Shown: positions 29,972 through 39,873, counted from the stretch's first letter. The stretch is 64,000 bases of DNA from Cytophagales bacterium (GCA_013298505.1 JAAFHY010000003.1:35733-99732); one strand, 5' to 3'. The notes: generated by a model from the sequence alone, not told the origin. A program made the numbers and translations.

Positions 29972-29973
29972 AA

Positions 29974-30288
29974 ATGAAATATAAAAAATGGCTGTTAAAG
30001 TATCTGAGTCCTTTCTTACTGGTTTCCTACACCTGTTTGGGTAGAGCAGTTGCTATGATTGTAAGTGGCGATACTGGTTTTGGGCTGGTTTTTATTCAGC
30101 TCCTGCTAGTCTTAGCATTATTTTTTTTAATGGCCGATTTTTTTTTAAAAAGAATATTCAAAGAGAGCACAAGGACTGTGTTGTTGTTAGAGGCTACCAT
30201 TTCTTTGATTCTAGTTCTTGGTTCGCTATATCTTGAATTTAGAAAAAGTAAACATGAGCCGGGCATAATTAACGTAAAACCAGTTTAA
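29974..30288 (+). CDS. Hypothetical membrane protein (about 3 TM)
   Basis: 104-aa hydrophobic ORF; its ATG lies in the MITE target duplication. Confidence 0.5.
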   Translation: MKYKKWLLKYLSPFLLVSYTCLGRAVAMIVSGDTGFGLVFIQLLLVLALFFLMADFFLKRIFKESTRTVLLLEATISLILVLGSLYLEFRKSKHEPGIINVKPV

Positions 30289-30388
30289 TCCCTCTAGGCC
30301 GTGGTTCTCGTGTCTGTGCCAACCATTACCATTACCAATACTAAATTTTCAGTGAGCGTGTGCTTGGAACGCCCATTCCTGATTTATA

Positions 30389-30862
30389 TTAAGAATTAGC
30401 ACCCTCATAGTCTTGAATCATTTTTTCGGTTAGCGGTTCTGCAAATTCGTAGTAACCCGTAAACCACGATTTCAGGTTTTCTATTTCCTTTTCGTTGGTA
30501 ATTTTATAAAAGAGCTCTTCATGATCTTTGATGCCCTCGAGCGTAAAGGTACCCGAACCAATAAAGGCTATTGTTTTGCGAAAGGGCAAATCAAAAATGT
30601 ACACGTTGGCGTGAAAGATGTTTTGGGTGTAGATGTTAAGTGTGATGCGACCTTGATAGTTGCGCCAAATTCGATGCAACACTTCGCGCGCGGTAAGTCC
30701 ATTCAATCCGGTAACGATATCCATTTTAGTTTTGGTGGGAATACGGCTGCGGATGAAATCAAATCCTTCTTCTGAAATAGCAGCGGTGGCAATGTAACAG
30801 TGCTCTACCTGTTGTAAAAGTTTTTCGTTGATAAGCGGAACGGCTAGTTTTTTTATGATCAT
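30389..30862 (-). CDS. Phospholipase D-like (NgoFVII-type nuclease fold) protein with degenerate HKD motif
   Basis: IATAAIS, IFHANVYIF...AFIGSGTFT...HEE; ATG 30862, 10 nt after the greB stop. Confidence 0.7.
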   Translation of the reverse strand: MIIKKLAVPLINEKLLQQVEHCYIATAAISEEGFDFIRSRIPTKTKMDIVTGLNGLTAREVLHRIWRNYQGRITLNIYTQNIFHANVYIFDLPFRKTIAFIGSGTFTLEGIKDHEELFYKITNEKEIENLKSWFTGYYEFAEPLTEKMIQDYEGANS

Positions 30863-30872
30863 CCGAGCAATC

Positions 30873-31349
30873 TTATTTTTGGTACTCAATTTTAACAATC
30901 CTCCAAACAAAATTTCTTAAGGGTGTTTTTACTACCACCTCATCACCCACTTCTTTTTTCAGTAGTGCTTGTGCCATTGGCGAGTCCATCGAGATATAAT
31001 CTTTTGCGCCAATTAGTTCTTCACCACCTACTATTCGAAGTCGGTTCTTCAAACCACTGTTATTTTCAATTTCCACCCATGCGCCAAACATCACCTTCCC
31101 TTCTTGGTAAGGCGAGTAGTTTATCACCTTTAAATCGTCTATGCATTTGCGTAGGTACAAAATACGCTTGTCAATTTCTCGCAGGCGTTTTTTGTTGTAA
31201 TGATAGTCTGCGTTTTCAGAACGATCGCCAAGGCTTGCCGCCCAGTTAACTTTTTGTGTGGTGTCGGGGCGCTCTATACGCCACAGGTGATCAAGCTCTG
31301 CTTTCAGTTTTTCTAACCCTTCGGGCGTAATCATTAGTGTTTTCATCAT
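30873..31349 (-). CDS. greB: Transcription elongation factor GreB
   Basis: ITPEGLEKLKAELDHLWRIERP, AASLGDRSENADY, ISMDSPMAQALL. Confidence 0.92.
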   Translation of the reverse strand: MMKTLMITPEGLEKLKAELDHLWRIERPDTTQKVNWAASLGDRSENADYHYNKKRLREIDKRILYLRKCIDDLKVINYSPYQEGKVMFGAWVEIENNSGLKNRLRIVGGEELIGAKDYISMDSPMAQALLKKEVGDEVVVKTPLRNFVWRIVKIEYQK

Positions 31350-31516
31350 CGCGGCATAAAGTTGCAGAGATTCTACGAATATCTACTTACTTCTACCGAT
31401 GCAAAAAAATAAGTGAGAATGGATATGGTAAAATTCCCTCTAATGAAATTTATTTGTTGATTAAAAATACCAAACCGATTCCTCTGATATTTCCGAACAA
31501 GCTATTGAACAACAAA

Positions 31517-33538
31517 CTAAACAGTTTCTTTTACCTTTTCTTTTTCATTATTAGGCGGAGGGCTTGCTTTTGGTGTTTCGCCAATTTTGTTTTTGTTAAT
31601 TCCAAAAAGGCGATAGGCGAGTAGCTGGCCGCCCATTTTTAAATCGGTTGGTTCGAGCGTAAGCACACCTTGTTGTTTAGTGGTATCATCGGCCTTCACT
31701 TCATAATTTATTTCTACTAGCTCGCCTTTTGTTTTAAACGATAAAGCAATAGTTGGAACGTTGGCATCGGTAGTAAAATCTAAGTTTGTATTTTTTAGAT
31801 CGTTTAAAATATCCAATGGTGCGCCAGAAATATTTTGTGGCTCAATTAAATTAAACTCCATAGTAAGATCTGTAAACGGCAGCAGTTGCGGATAGATCTT
31901 ATATAGTAATTGGGTGTAGTGCTTTTTTTCTGCACCGCTACTCGCCATGGCCAGCCCTTCATACGTTCGTGCCATTAGCATGGTTTGAAAAGGATCGTTT
32001 AACTCTGGGTCGTTTAATACTTGCTGAAAATATTGAATGGCTTCTGTTTCTTTCCCTTCTGCGAGGTAAAGTTTTCCGAGGAAATACCTGAAGTATTTTT
32101 TTACCCGTGGCCGTTTATCGGTTTGCAATCTTTTTTTATAAATGTCAATAAAGTATTCGTTTCCAAACCCATCAATAACCGACCATACTTCATCAAAGCT
32201 CATTAAATTCTCGGGCGAGAAAATAGTGTATAGCACTTGCTCACGTTCGGGGTTCTCGGCAACGAGCGATGCCAGCAGCATTTTATGGTGCCGGATTTCT
32301 AGTGTGTACTTCACCCATCGGTACCAGTTCAGTGGATTTAGCCAGAAGTACCATTCGTCATGCTCAAACCAATATTCTTTTTTAAATTGCAGTTGATTGA
32401 TGTAGTTGAGCGAGGCCACCGCCAAATTGTATTGCTCTTGCCCCCACGTAGTGCCAATGTGTAGTTCTTGAAAGCGCGCTGCCTTGTTTGCTCGCTCTTG
32501 ACTTTCGGCCGTTAAGCCCTCATAATGTTGCGCCCTTGCTAACCCAATACAATGCCAACCATATCCCGGTGTGCTTCCTTGGTTTTGTAATACGTTCGTT
32601 AAAAGTGTATCGGCTTTTTGCGGTTGCCCGCGATAGGTGGCCAGCGTGCCCCGCATGTAGTAATATTCTTTGGTAGTTTTTTCGGGGCTGCTCTCGCGCT
32701 GCTCTGCCTCTTGAAAAAAGAGTTCGGCATCTTCAAACTCACCCATTGCCAACTTAAACTCTGCGTAGTTGTTGCTTGAGTAGGCTTGGTTTTGAATAAG
32801 CAGGTCATAGTAGTAGTTGGCAGAATCAATGTCCAGCAAGTAATCGTGTATCATTGCCTTGTAGTGATACGTGCTTAAGTATTGTCGATTAAGGAATTTA
32901 GGATCGTAAAGCCCATTGTTGACGGGCAAGTCGTTTTGGATTTTTTGCAAGGCAGAATCTAAGTAGCCATTGGCAGCAGCCACATTTTCTTTTACTGTAT
33001 TTTTTAAAAACGGAAATTGGCGTGAAGTATAAACGCGATTGCGGTGAAAGATCCAAGCCATGGTATTATACGAATCCATATTAATCTCTACCTGAAAGTT
33101 GCGATCACGAATATGATTGAGTACCTCCATGGCCTTATCTTGCTTTTCTACATTTTGATAACACCGGCTCAAAAAGTAGGTGATTAAACCATAATCGAAA
33201 TGGTATCGATAATTGGCACTGTACACAGCATAGTTGTTTGATCTGATTTTTAAAATGGGATCGTAGTCAAACTCAATTTTTTCGAGGGCTTTGTTCAACG
33301 GTGTGATGGCTTTGTTAAATCCGATCTCGTCATTGGCCCTAAAAAAAAGATAAGCACCCTCTAGCAGGTGGCCTAAGTAATAAGTGCTGTCCTTTCTAAT
33401 AAACCTACGTGCTTTTTCGTAGGTTTTTTCGTCCATAAAAGAGCCATCGCGCTCGCTATCCATTTGCTGGCGAATGGAATTTTGAGCGAGTAACCCAAGC
33501 TGAAGGAATACAAAAATGAATGTAAGACGAGTGTTCAT
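31517..33538 (-). CDS. Secreted TPR-like helical repeat protein
   Basis: Signal peptide MNTRLTFIFVFLQLGLLAQ; TPR-like segments (YFLGKLYLAEGKETEAIQYFQQVL; NNYAEFKLAMGEFEDAELFFQEA). Confidence 0.65.
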   Translation of the reverse strand: MNTRLTFIFVFLQLGLLAQNSIRQQMDSERDGSFMDEKTYEKARRFIRKDSTYYLGHLLEGAYLFFRANDEIGFNKAITPLNKALEKIEFDYDPILKIRSNNYAVYSANYRYHFDYGLITYFLSRCYQNVEKQDKAMEVLNHIRDRNFQVEINMDSYNTMAWIFHRNRVYTSRQFPFLKNTVKENVAAANGYLDSALQKIQNDLPVNNGLYDPKFLNRQYLSTYHYKAMIHDYLLDIDSANYYYDLLIQNQAYSSNNYAEFKLAMGEFEDAELFFQEAEQRESSPEKTTKEYYYMRGTLATYRGQPQKADTLLTNVLQNQGSTPGYGWHCIGLARAQHYEGLTAESQERANKAARFQELHIGTTWGQEQYNLAVASLNYINQLQFKKEYWFEHDEWYFWLNPLNWYRWVKYTLEIRHHKMLLASLVAENPEREQVLYTIFSPENLMSFDEVWSVIDGFGNEYFIDIYKKRLQTDKRPRVKKYFRYFLGKLYLAEGKETEAIQYFQQVLNDPELNDPFQTMLMARTYEGLAMASSGAEKKHYTQLLYKIYPQLLPFTDLTMEFNLIEPQNISGAPLDILNDLKNTNLDFTTDANVPTIALSFKTKGELVEINYEVKADDTTKQQGVLTLEPTDLKMGGQLLAYRLFGINKNKIGETPKASPPPNNEKEKVKETV

Positions 33539-33553
33539 ACCGATTGTCAAATC

Positions 33554-33862
33554 CTATTTTTTAACTCTCTTTCTCTTTAGCCAAATTTTAGGATTACGGC
33601 TAGTATGGAAAAGCGCAAAAACCTCTATTGTGCCTATATTTTTATGAACTAAAAAATGCACCAAGTAGGGGAATTTTTTAATCAGCATACACCTCACATT
33701 CTTATAACGGATTGGGTGTTGATGATAACTATTCTTTAATGAAGTAATTTGGGTAATTACCTGAGTTTGAAACCGAGCACCTAGACCAACTAGCTTCTCA
33801 TTATACCAATCAGTAGCTTTTTGAATATCATCAAGTGCCTCTGGGTCAATGATTATTTTCAT
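33554..33862 (-). CDS. Type II toxin, RelE/ParE family
   Basis: PEALDDIQKATDWYN, KFPYLVHF, VFALFHTSRNPKIW. Confidence 0.87.
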   Translation of the reverse strand: MKIIIDPEALDDIQKATDWYNEKLVGLGARFQTQVITQITSLKNSYHQHPIRYKNVRCMLIKKFPYLVHFLVHKNIGTIEVFALFHTSRNPKIWLKRKRVKK

Positions 33863-33870
33863 GGTCACTT

Positions 33871-34098
33871 CTAAGATTTCAACATCTTAACTGCATTTTC
33901 CCATGGCACCATTCTCGCAGGGTTTCCTCTCGCTTTTTTTATTCTTTGCAAAACCAATTTTTGATGTTCTTTCGGTATTTCCATTTCACCATCCCAAATG
34001 GCTTCATTCAACTTCATCTTCTCTGAAGGATTTAGTAGCTTAACAATGGAAGTAAGTTTCTTAAAATCCAAATTGATTTTTACGTCAAGTGTTTCCAT
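33871..34098 (-). CDS. Antitoxin / addiction-module protein
   Basis: 75 aa directly upstream of the toxin; IPKEHQKLVLQRI...VPWE. Confidence 0.7.
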   Translation of the reverse strand: METLDVKINLDFKKLTSIVKLLNPSEKMKLNEAIWDGEMEIPKEHQKLVLQRIKKARGNPARMVPWENAVKMLKS

Positions 34099-34197
34099 TA
34101 TTTTAATAGTTTACGTTTCAATTTTTTAATTAAGTGTTCGATCAGACGTAAATCTATCCGTTTGCTTTGGTTTTGACAACTTTTTAATAATCGTCTT

Positions 34198-35184
34198 TTA
34201 CTTCTTCATTCCGATCCCAAGCTTCGCTAACTTGTTTACTTCTAGGCTTACGATTTGTTGAAGCACTGTTTGCGCGGCTTCACGATTTCTAAAAATCAGT
34301 CGGTGATGCAATACCGGCTGCGCCAATGCACGAAGGTCGTCTTCAATTACATAATCGCGCTGATTTACCATTGCCCAAGCTTTCAAACATTTAATGAACG
34401 TAATGCCGCCACGGGTAGAGCAGCCCAGTGCAATGTCGGCATGATTGCGGGTGGCTTGTACAATCTTTACAATTCCCTTCACCAATTCAGGATGGATGTA
34501 TACCTCTTCTGCTGCTTTTTGCAATTGAATAATATCTTGATAGGCGAGCACTTGCTTCACACTATTTTTTCCGTTGTTGATGGTTTGATAATTTGAGTAA
34601 ATATCAAACTCAACCTCTTCCGATACATAGCCAAACGAAATTTTCATCGAGAAACGATCGAGCTGTGCGGTAGGCAGCGGATAGGTGCCTTCCATTTCAA
34701 TAGGGTTTTGCGTGGCAATGGTAAAGAAGAATTGATCTAATTGAAATGTATGATCGCCAGAAGAAATTTGATTTTCGGCCATGCACTCTAGTAACGCACT
34801 CTGCACTTTTGGTGATGCTCGGTTAATCTCATCGGCTAAGAGCACGTGTGTAAACAACGGGCCTTTCTTAAACACAAAATCTTTTTTTGCCTCGTCAAAA
34901 ATATACGAGCCAATCAAATCCATTGGCAGCAGATCGGGTGTAAACTGTATGCGCTTAAAGGCCACTGCACCATTAGCCGAATGGAAATCAACGGCACCTT
35001 CTGAAATGGATTGCGCTAATGTTTTTGCCAGTACCGTTTTGCCCGCACCCGGATTGTCTTCTAGCAAAATGTGACCTCGCGCAAGCAGTGCCGTAACTAC
35101 GTATTTTATTTCTTGCGGCTTGCCCCGAATGATGGTTTCGATGTTGTCGGTAAGAGATTTCAGTTTTGATGAAGTATTGCTCAT
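34198..35184 (-). CDS. MoxR family AAA+ ATPase
   Basis: LLEDNPGAGKT, RIQFTPDLLPMD, DEINRASPKVQSALLE, ATQNPIEMEGTYPLP. Confidence 0.95.
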   Translation of the reverse strand: MSNTSSKLKSLTDNIETIIRGKPQEIKYVVTALLARGHILLEDNPGAGKTVLAKTLAQSISEGAVDFHSANGAVAFKRIQFTPDLLPMDLIGSYIFDEAKKDFVFKKGPLFTHVLLADEINRASPKVQSALLECMAENQISSGDHTFQLDQFFFTIATQNPIEMEGTYPLPTAQLDRFSMKISFGYVSEEVEFDIYSNYQTINNGKNSVKQVLAYQDIIQLQKAAEEVYIHPELVKGIVKIVQATRNHADIALGCSTRGGITFIKCLKAWAMVNQRDYVIEDDLRALAQPVLHHRLIFRNREAAQTVLQQIVSLEVNKLAKLGIGMKK

Positions 35185-37868
35185 ATAGAAGTAGTTTCAG
35201 AATTAATTTCAGGTTGTTGAAAATAGCGTAAAGCACGTAAAGGGTAAAAATACACTACTATACTTTTCAAGAAGCCTTTTGTTTTACGAATAGAACCACC
35301 AATGGGTTGATTGAAGTTGGAAACGATTACTTCATCTCCCTCTTGCAAAGTGCTGTTCGAATACTTCAAGCGTAAGTACATCCTCATAAAATTGGTAAAG
35401 CCAACCGCGAGCGCTGGGTCAATGGTTTTTTCGGCATATTCCATAGGTGTTTCGGTTTCGCGCTCAAAACCAGCCATATGAAAGCGGTACAGTGCCGCCC
35501 TGTACACATGATCTGCTTTGGTAGTTGCATCTTTCGCGAATGCTATCCGCGCCAAGCGATACAACAAGTACAACAATGGCAAGAGTAAAACAAGTATCAA
35601 CAATGCAACAATGATTTTAGCTGCTACCCAGGCTATCTCTTGCCAAGTTAATTTTTTCTCTTGCGCTTTAGCCGCCTTCTTTCCCAACTCATCTTTCTTC
35701 TTCGCCTTCTCTTTTTTGTGGATGTGAATTTCATCAGCAATGATGGGAGAGGGGAATGACTGAACTTGCTGCTCAATGGGCACGCCTGCACGAGGCTGCG
35801 GAAATTTTTTCGCTTCGTCTTTGTACGACACAATAATTAACGAATCGCCCGGCTGAATGGCAGCGAACGTGGTATCTCTTTTATTGAACAACACCCGGCA
35901 TAAACTTGCATCGACTGGTCTGTTGAAAAACTTAATTAATATGTAGGGCGTATTAAAGTAAATAAGCTGATTGAAGGAAACATCCAGAGATTTTGTGGTT
36001 GCGTTTACAGACTCGGCTTTGGCATTTAATACCAACCACGGTTCAGGCGGTGGCAGGGGCGGGGTGCCATCCGGTTTGGGTGCACCTTGTTGATCTTCGT
36101 TGCCAATGGTCATATCAAAATCTAACCAACCATAGCCAGGGAAATAAACTTGCGTCCATGCGTGTGCTTGGCTTGCGTAAAACCAATACCAACCTTTGTT
36201 TTTGTCACTTCGATTTATTGTAGCAAAACCAGTTGTAAACCGAGTGGGGACACCCAATGCCCTAAGCATAAACAGAGAAGCCCCCGCATAGTAAGTACAA
36301 TAGCCAGCATGTGTTTTGAAGAGAAAGTTATAGAGCATTTTTGAACTGGGGATGTTTGGGTCATCCACAGCTCCAGCTTTTAAGGTGTATCTAAAAACAC
36401 GTTTACCATTTTCGTTTCGCTTCAAGAAAAAATCGCGCACGGCAATTACTTTGTCAACAGGTTTACTGTCTTTTGGCACAAGGCTAAAAGCTAGCTTTGA
36501 AATCGAATCGTAGATGCCTCCCGTTGGAGTTTCTGTATAGTAGTCAAGAAATTTTTTGTCGAGTTTAGTATAATTATTTATGGATCGCAGTTCGTTGTGC
36601 CGTTGCTCTTGCAAGGGCTCTAGCATAGGGTTGGCAGATACATTGTAGACGAAGTATGCATTATTTAGCTCTGAGGTGAAAGAAGTAATCTTATATCCGG
36701 ATATAAATGTTTTTTGAAAATCTTTTTCTACAGGAATAGTTTGAATGGAAAACACACTAGCCGGACCTAGCACAGAGTGCTTCCACGTGTTTTCTGAAAG
36801 ATAGACTTGTGCCTCTACTACCTTGCGGAGTTTTCTACCCAATGATTTTCGCACGATTGAGGTATCGGTATACGAATAATACATCGGTATGGTGGTAGGG
36901 TCTACTTCCATTTCATCAAACGAAGGCACGTTCACATCGCGCGTAAATGTTTCCTTTACGGGATCGTATCGAGTTAGGTAATGGTAGACAAAATACAGCG
37001 GAGCAGGAGATCCATCAGGAAAATAATTATCGAGCTTGCTGCAAAACATTAACTTGTCTGACTGGCTCATTTTTGAATTTACCCGCATGGTATCTTTCAG
37101 CCGGTAGCCATCATCGGTTTTATCCATCAACCCATCGCGGTCGTCATAATTGTCTTTATCATTTTTCGATCCGCCTTTATCTCCTTTTGCCCCTCTCGAT
37201 GCCAATTCCTTTTCAACCGCTTTCAAGTTTCCTTTCATCAAACTTTTGGTAACGATAAAAGCAAAAAGAATAAGCAGCGCAAACAGAACGATCCGTAAGG
37301 CAAACTTACCCGACTTTTTTAGCGTCACCTCAATTCGTTTTGTGAGCAATGGTGTGAGGAAGAGCATGTATAAACCATAGACTACAACGGGTGCAATTCG
37401 AGTGAGTATATAAGTAAGGCTTACGTCAATGCTATCTGAAATACTAATGAGTGTAACGGTAGCTAACACACCAAAAATGGCAGCGTAAGACCACTTCACC
37501 CGCGCCAGTAAAAAGCCAAACACCCATCCAAAAATGAATAAGGTAGAGTAAAGTTGGAAACGCGCTGTGGCATAAAATACATCAAACTCGCCCGGAAGCA
37601 TACTGATTACTTTTTCGGTAAGGATATAGGCAATCCACAAAATAATAATGGAGATTATCCAGCGCGCACCATAATAGTAAAGAGCATAGGAGATCAGCAG
37701 CCCTAATCCGAAATAAATGGATTGGCTAAGAATACCTGTGTTTAATGAGGTATAGGAGAAATTAAGGAAACGAAGGGTTATGTACCCGATCAAAATCGTT
37801 GGCACTACCACCAAAACGATTCGGATCAGCAACTGTTGAAATTTATCTATGTTAAATTGACTCCTCAT
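35181..37868 (-). CDS. Membrane-anchored transglutaminase-like protein
   Basis: N-terminal TMs; intact triad GYCTYYA...HAWTQVYFPGYGWLDFD; C-terminal TM plus DUF4129-like tail. Confidence 0.88.
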   Translation of the reverse strand: MRSQFNIDKFQQLLIRIVLVVVPTILIGYITLRFLNFSYTSLNTGILSQSIYFGLGLLISYALYYYGARWIISIIILWIAYILTEKVISMLPGEFDVFYATARFQLYSTLFIFGWVFGFLLARVKWSYAAIFGVLATVTLISISDSIDVSLTYILTRIAPVVVYGLYMLFLTPLLTKRIEVTLKKSGKFALRIVLFALLILFAFIVTKSLMKGNLKAVEKELASRGAKGDKGGSKNDKDNYDDRDGLMDKTDDGYRLKDTMRVNSKMSQSDKLMFCSKLDNYFPDGSPAPLYFVYHYLTRYDPVKETFTRDVNVPSFDEMEVDPTTIPMYYSYTDTSIVRKSLGRKLRKVVEAQVYLSENTWKHSVLGPASVFSIQTIPVEKDFQKTFISGYKITSFTSELNNAYFVYNVSANPMLEPLQEQRHNELRSINNYTKLDKKFLDYYTETPTGGIYDSISKLAFSLVPKDSKPVDKVIAVRDFFLKRNENGKRVFRYTLKAGAVDDPNIPSSKMLYNFLFKTHAGYCTYYAGASLFMLRALGVPTRFTTGFATINRSDKNKGWYWFYASQAHAWTQVYFPGYGWLDFDMTIGNEDQQGAPKPDGTPPLPPPEPWLVLNAKAESVNATTKSLDVSFNQLIYFNTPYILIKFFNRPVDASLCRVLFNKRDTTFAAIQPGDSLIIVSYKDEAKKFPQPRAGVPIEQQVQSFPSPIIADEIHIHKKEKAKKKDELGKKAAKAQEKKLTWQEIAWVAAKIIVALLILVLLLPLLYLLYRLARIAFAKDATTKADHVYRAALYRFHMAGFERETETPMEYAEKTIDPALAVGFTNFMRMYLRLKYSNSTLQEGDEVIVSNFNQPIGGSIRKTKGFLKSIVVYFYPLRALRYFQQPEINSETTSI

Positions 37869-39262
37869 TTTTCAAATTGAATGGATGACATTAACCAGCC
37901 TGCTCCGCGTTTTTTTAACATGCTATCCATTTCCTTTTCTTTTGAAACTAGATTTTTACGTAACGAAGAAAATAACCACGGTTGTTTTAATTTATCGGCA
38001 GGGTTTTCATCTGGCTTAAAAAAAACATCTTTTAGCTTAAAAAGAAAAGGCGATGGGATTGCTTCAGAAAGTTTTAATACTACAATGGGAATTGTTAGCG
38101 GCAATTTTTTTATGACAGCCTCTAATTCAGAAACGGAAATAAGAGAAGGCAAGCAAACAAAGGCGGCTTTCTTTGGATCGATGAATAGCGATGGCGGATA
38201 TTGATTTTGCCACGATGCTGCGGCAATCTGAAACAGTTCATTTTTAGTTTCAGCAACGCCACTGAGCTTTGGTATTTCTTGGTCTAGCGGCATTCGCACT
38301 TCGGTATGATTTGTTTTTAGCGATTCGAATAGGTTTCTGACTTGATCTTTGTACACGTTCAACAGCTCCTTTTCAAAGAGCCCTTCGGTAAGTTCGGCTC
38401 CAGCATAGAAGCTTGTATATAAATAGAGATGCGAAGCATAAGGGTCTTTTATTTCAGGAATACGAACAACTAGCTGTCCACTCTTTGCATAAATCTTCCA
38501 AACAATTCGGTGAATGTTATCGCCCGTTTCAAATTCTTTATAGTTTACATGCTCACCTTCCACGCGCTTTGGTATCTCAATTCGATGCTTTTGTTCTTCC
38601 GTGGCACTTGGGTCGGCCTTAATTGGTTGCTCTTTTTTTGCTAGCGGAAGTGTATACAACTGTTGCGAAATGGAAATGCGGCACGGAAGAGAAACGAGCC
38701 CGAGCATATCGTAAAATGAAATCAGCACTTTGTCAATGTCATAAACACCACGATCGTGAAGATACGAGCTTCCGTTGCCATGGATGCCGCTGCGCCACCA
38801 ATGACGGGGCTTCGGAATGTTTCCATCTAAAATAACGACTTCAGAAAATTTGCTTCCACTAAAAATCAATTGACCACGAATAGTGCCGAGCAACGGCCTC
38901 AGTACAGAGCCCAATATCTGAATTTGAAGAGGGACAAGCCCCGCCTCGGCTTTTTGACCATCACCAAATTTAACCTGAACAGAAAACGAGTTGTTTTTAA
39001 CTCCGTTCTTAAAGTAAAGCCACGTTGCCAATGCGGAGATGATGCTGATGGAAAGAATCCCGACTAAAGTCCATTGAATTAATTGCAAGAAGAGTTTCAT
39101 TACTAGCCAAAGATTCGAATCATCTTGACCGTATTCGCTTTTCAGCCACACACTTACCCCCCAAAAAACGAGTAAAGAAAACAGAAGCTGCCACCTAACG
39201 GCAATTAACCTCGACCAATACGAAGAAGTTTTTAGTAAAGTAGATAGACCGATCACGTTCAT
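37865..39262 (-). CDS. DUF58 domain membrane protein
   Basis: YKEFETGDNIHRIVWKIYAKSGQLVVR; two N-terminal TMs; ATGA-coupled to the transglutaminase gene. Confidence 0.85.
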   Translation of the reverse strand: MNVIGLSTLLKTSSYWSRLIAVRWQLLFSLLVFWGVSVWLKSEYGQDDSNLWLVMKLFLQLIQWTLVGILSISIISALATWLYFKNGVKNNSFSVQVKFGDGQKAEAGLVPLQIQILGSVLRPLLGTIRGQLIFSGSKFSEVVILDGNIPKPRHWWRSGIHGNGSSYLHDRGVYDIDKVLISFYDMLGLVSLPCRISISQQLYTLPLAKKEQPIKADPSATEEQKHRIEIPKRVEGEHVNYKEFETGDNIHRIVWKIYAKSGQLVVRIPEIKDPYASHLYLYTSFYAGAELTEGLFEKELLNVYKDQVRNLFESLKTNHTEVRMPLDQEIPKLSGVAETKNELFQIAAASWQNQYPPSLFIDPKKAAFVCLPSLISVSELEAVIKKLPLTIPIVVLKLSEAIPSPFLFKLKDVFFKPDENPADKLKQPWLFSSLRKNLVSKEKEMDSMLKKRGAGWLMSSIQFEK

Positions 39263-39400
39263 TAAATCGCAAGCTACAAGAAAACGAAAATATTTTTAAT
39301 AATAGTATTTAATGGGTGCATTCAAATTGCTAATAGAATGAGCAAGCCTTTGTTATATTTGAAATCCTTAAAGTAATTTGAGAGTAACCATACCTACTAT

Positions 39401-39856
39401 ATGCACTACACCATCCGAGAAGCAACCGAAAAAGACATCCCATCAATAATTGATTTTCAATTGAAGATGGCGTTGGAAACAGAAAACATTACACTGGAAA
39501 TCTCAACCCTCACGCAGGGCATTCATAAATTATTTAAAGACTCATCCAAAGGCAGGTACTATGTAGCGATAGAAGGTAATGAAGTGATTGGTTGCTTAAT
39601 GACAACGTACGAATGGAGCGACTGGCGATGTGGCACAGTACTTTGGATTCAATCCGTTTACGTTTCTGCAACCCACCGAGGCAAAGGTGTTTACAAAAAA
39701 TTATACGAACACATTCAGCAACTAGTAGCCACCGACCCAGACTTGCGCGGCATTCGTCTGTACGTTGACAAAACAAATACAGGCGCTCAAGAAGTTTATG
39801 AAAAACTGGGCATGAATGGTGAGCATTACCAACTATACGAGTGGATGAAAAAATAA
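39401..39856 (+). CDS. GNAT acetyltransferase
   Basis: WSDWRCG, IQSVYVSATHRGKGVY, LYVDKTN; TATATTTG upstream. Confidence 0.88.
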   Translation: MHYTIREATEKDIPSIIDFQLKMALETENITLEISTLTQGIHKLFKDSSKGRYYVAIEGNEVIGCLMTTYEWSDWRCGTVLWIQSVYVSATHRGKGVYKKLYEHIQQLVATDPDLRGIRLYVDKTNTGAQEVYEKLGMNGEHYQLYEWMKK

Positions 39857-39873
39857 TTTTGTATTTTTAATGT

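Noticed and set aside
29942-29972. IS3-like left end (TG...TGGACAC)
   Set aside because: The TIR pair with a flanking 9-bp duplication defines different boundaries (29789-29971); no transposase follows.
30298-30340. REP-like fragments at about 29250-29270 and 30298-30340 as ends of a cassette
   Set aside because: Similarity between them is weak; boundaries cannot be supported.
33544-34179. 8-bp inverted repeat TTGTCAAA/TTTGACAA around the second TA pair
   Set aside because: Too short and AT-rich to exceed chance; no target duplication seen.
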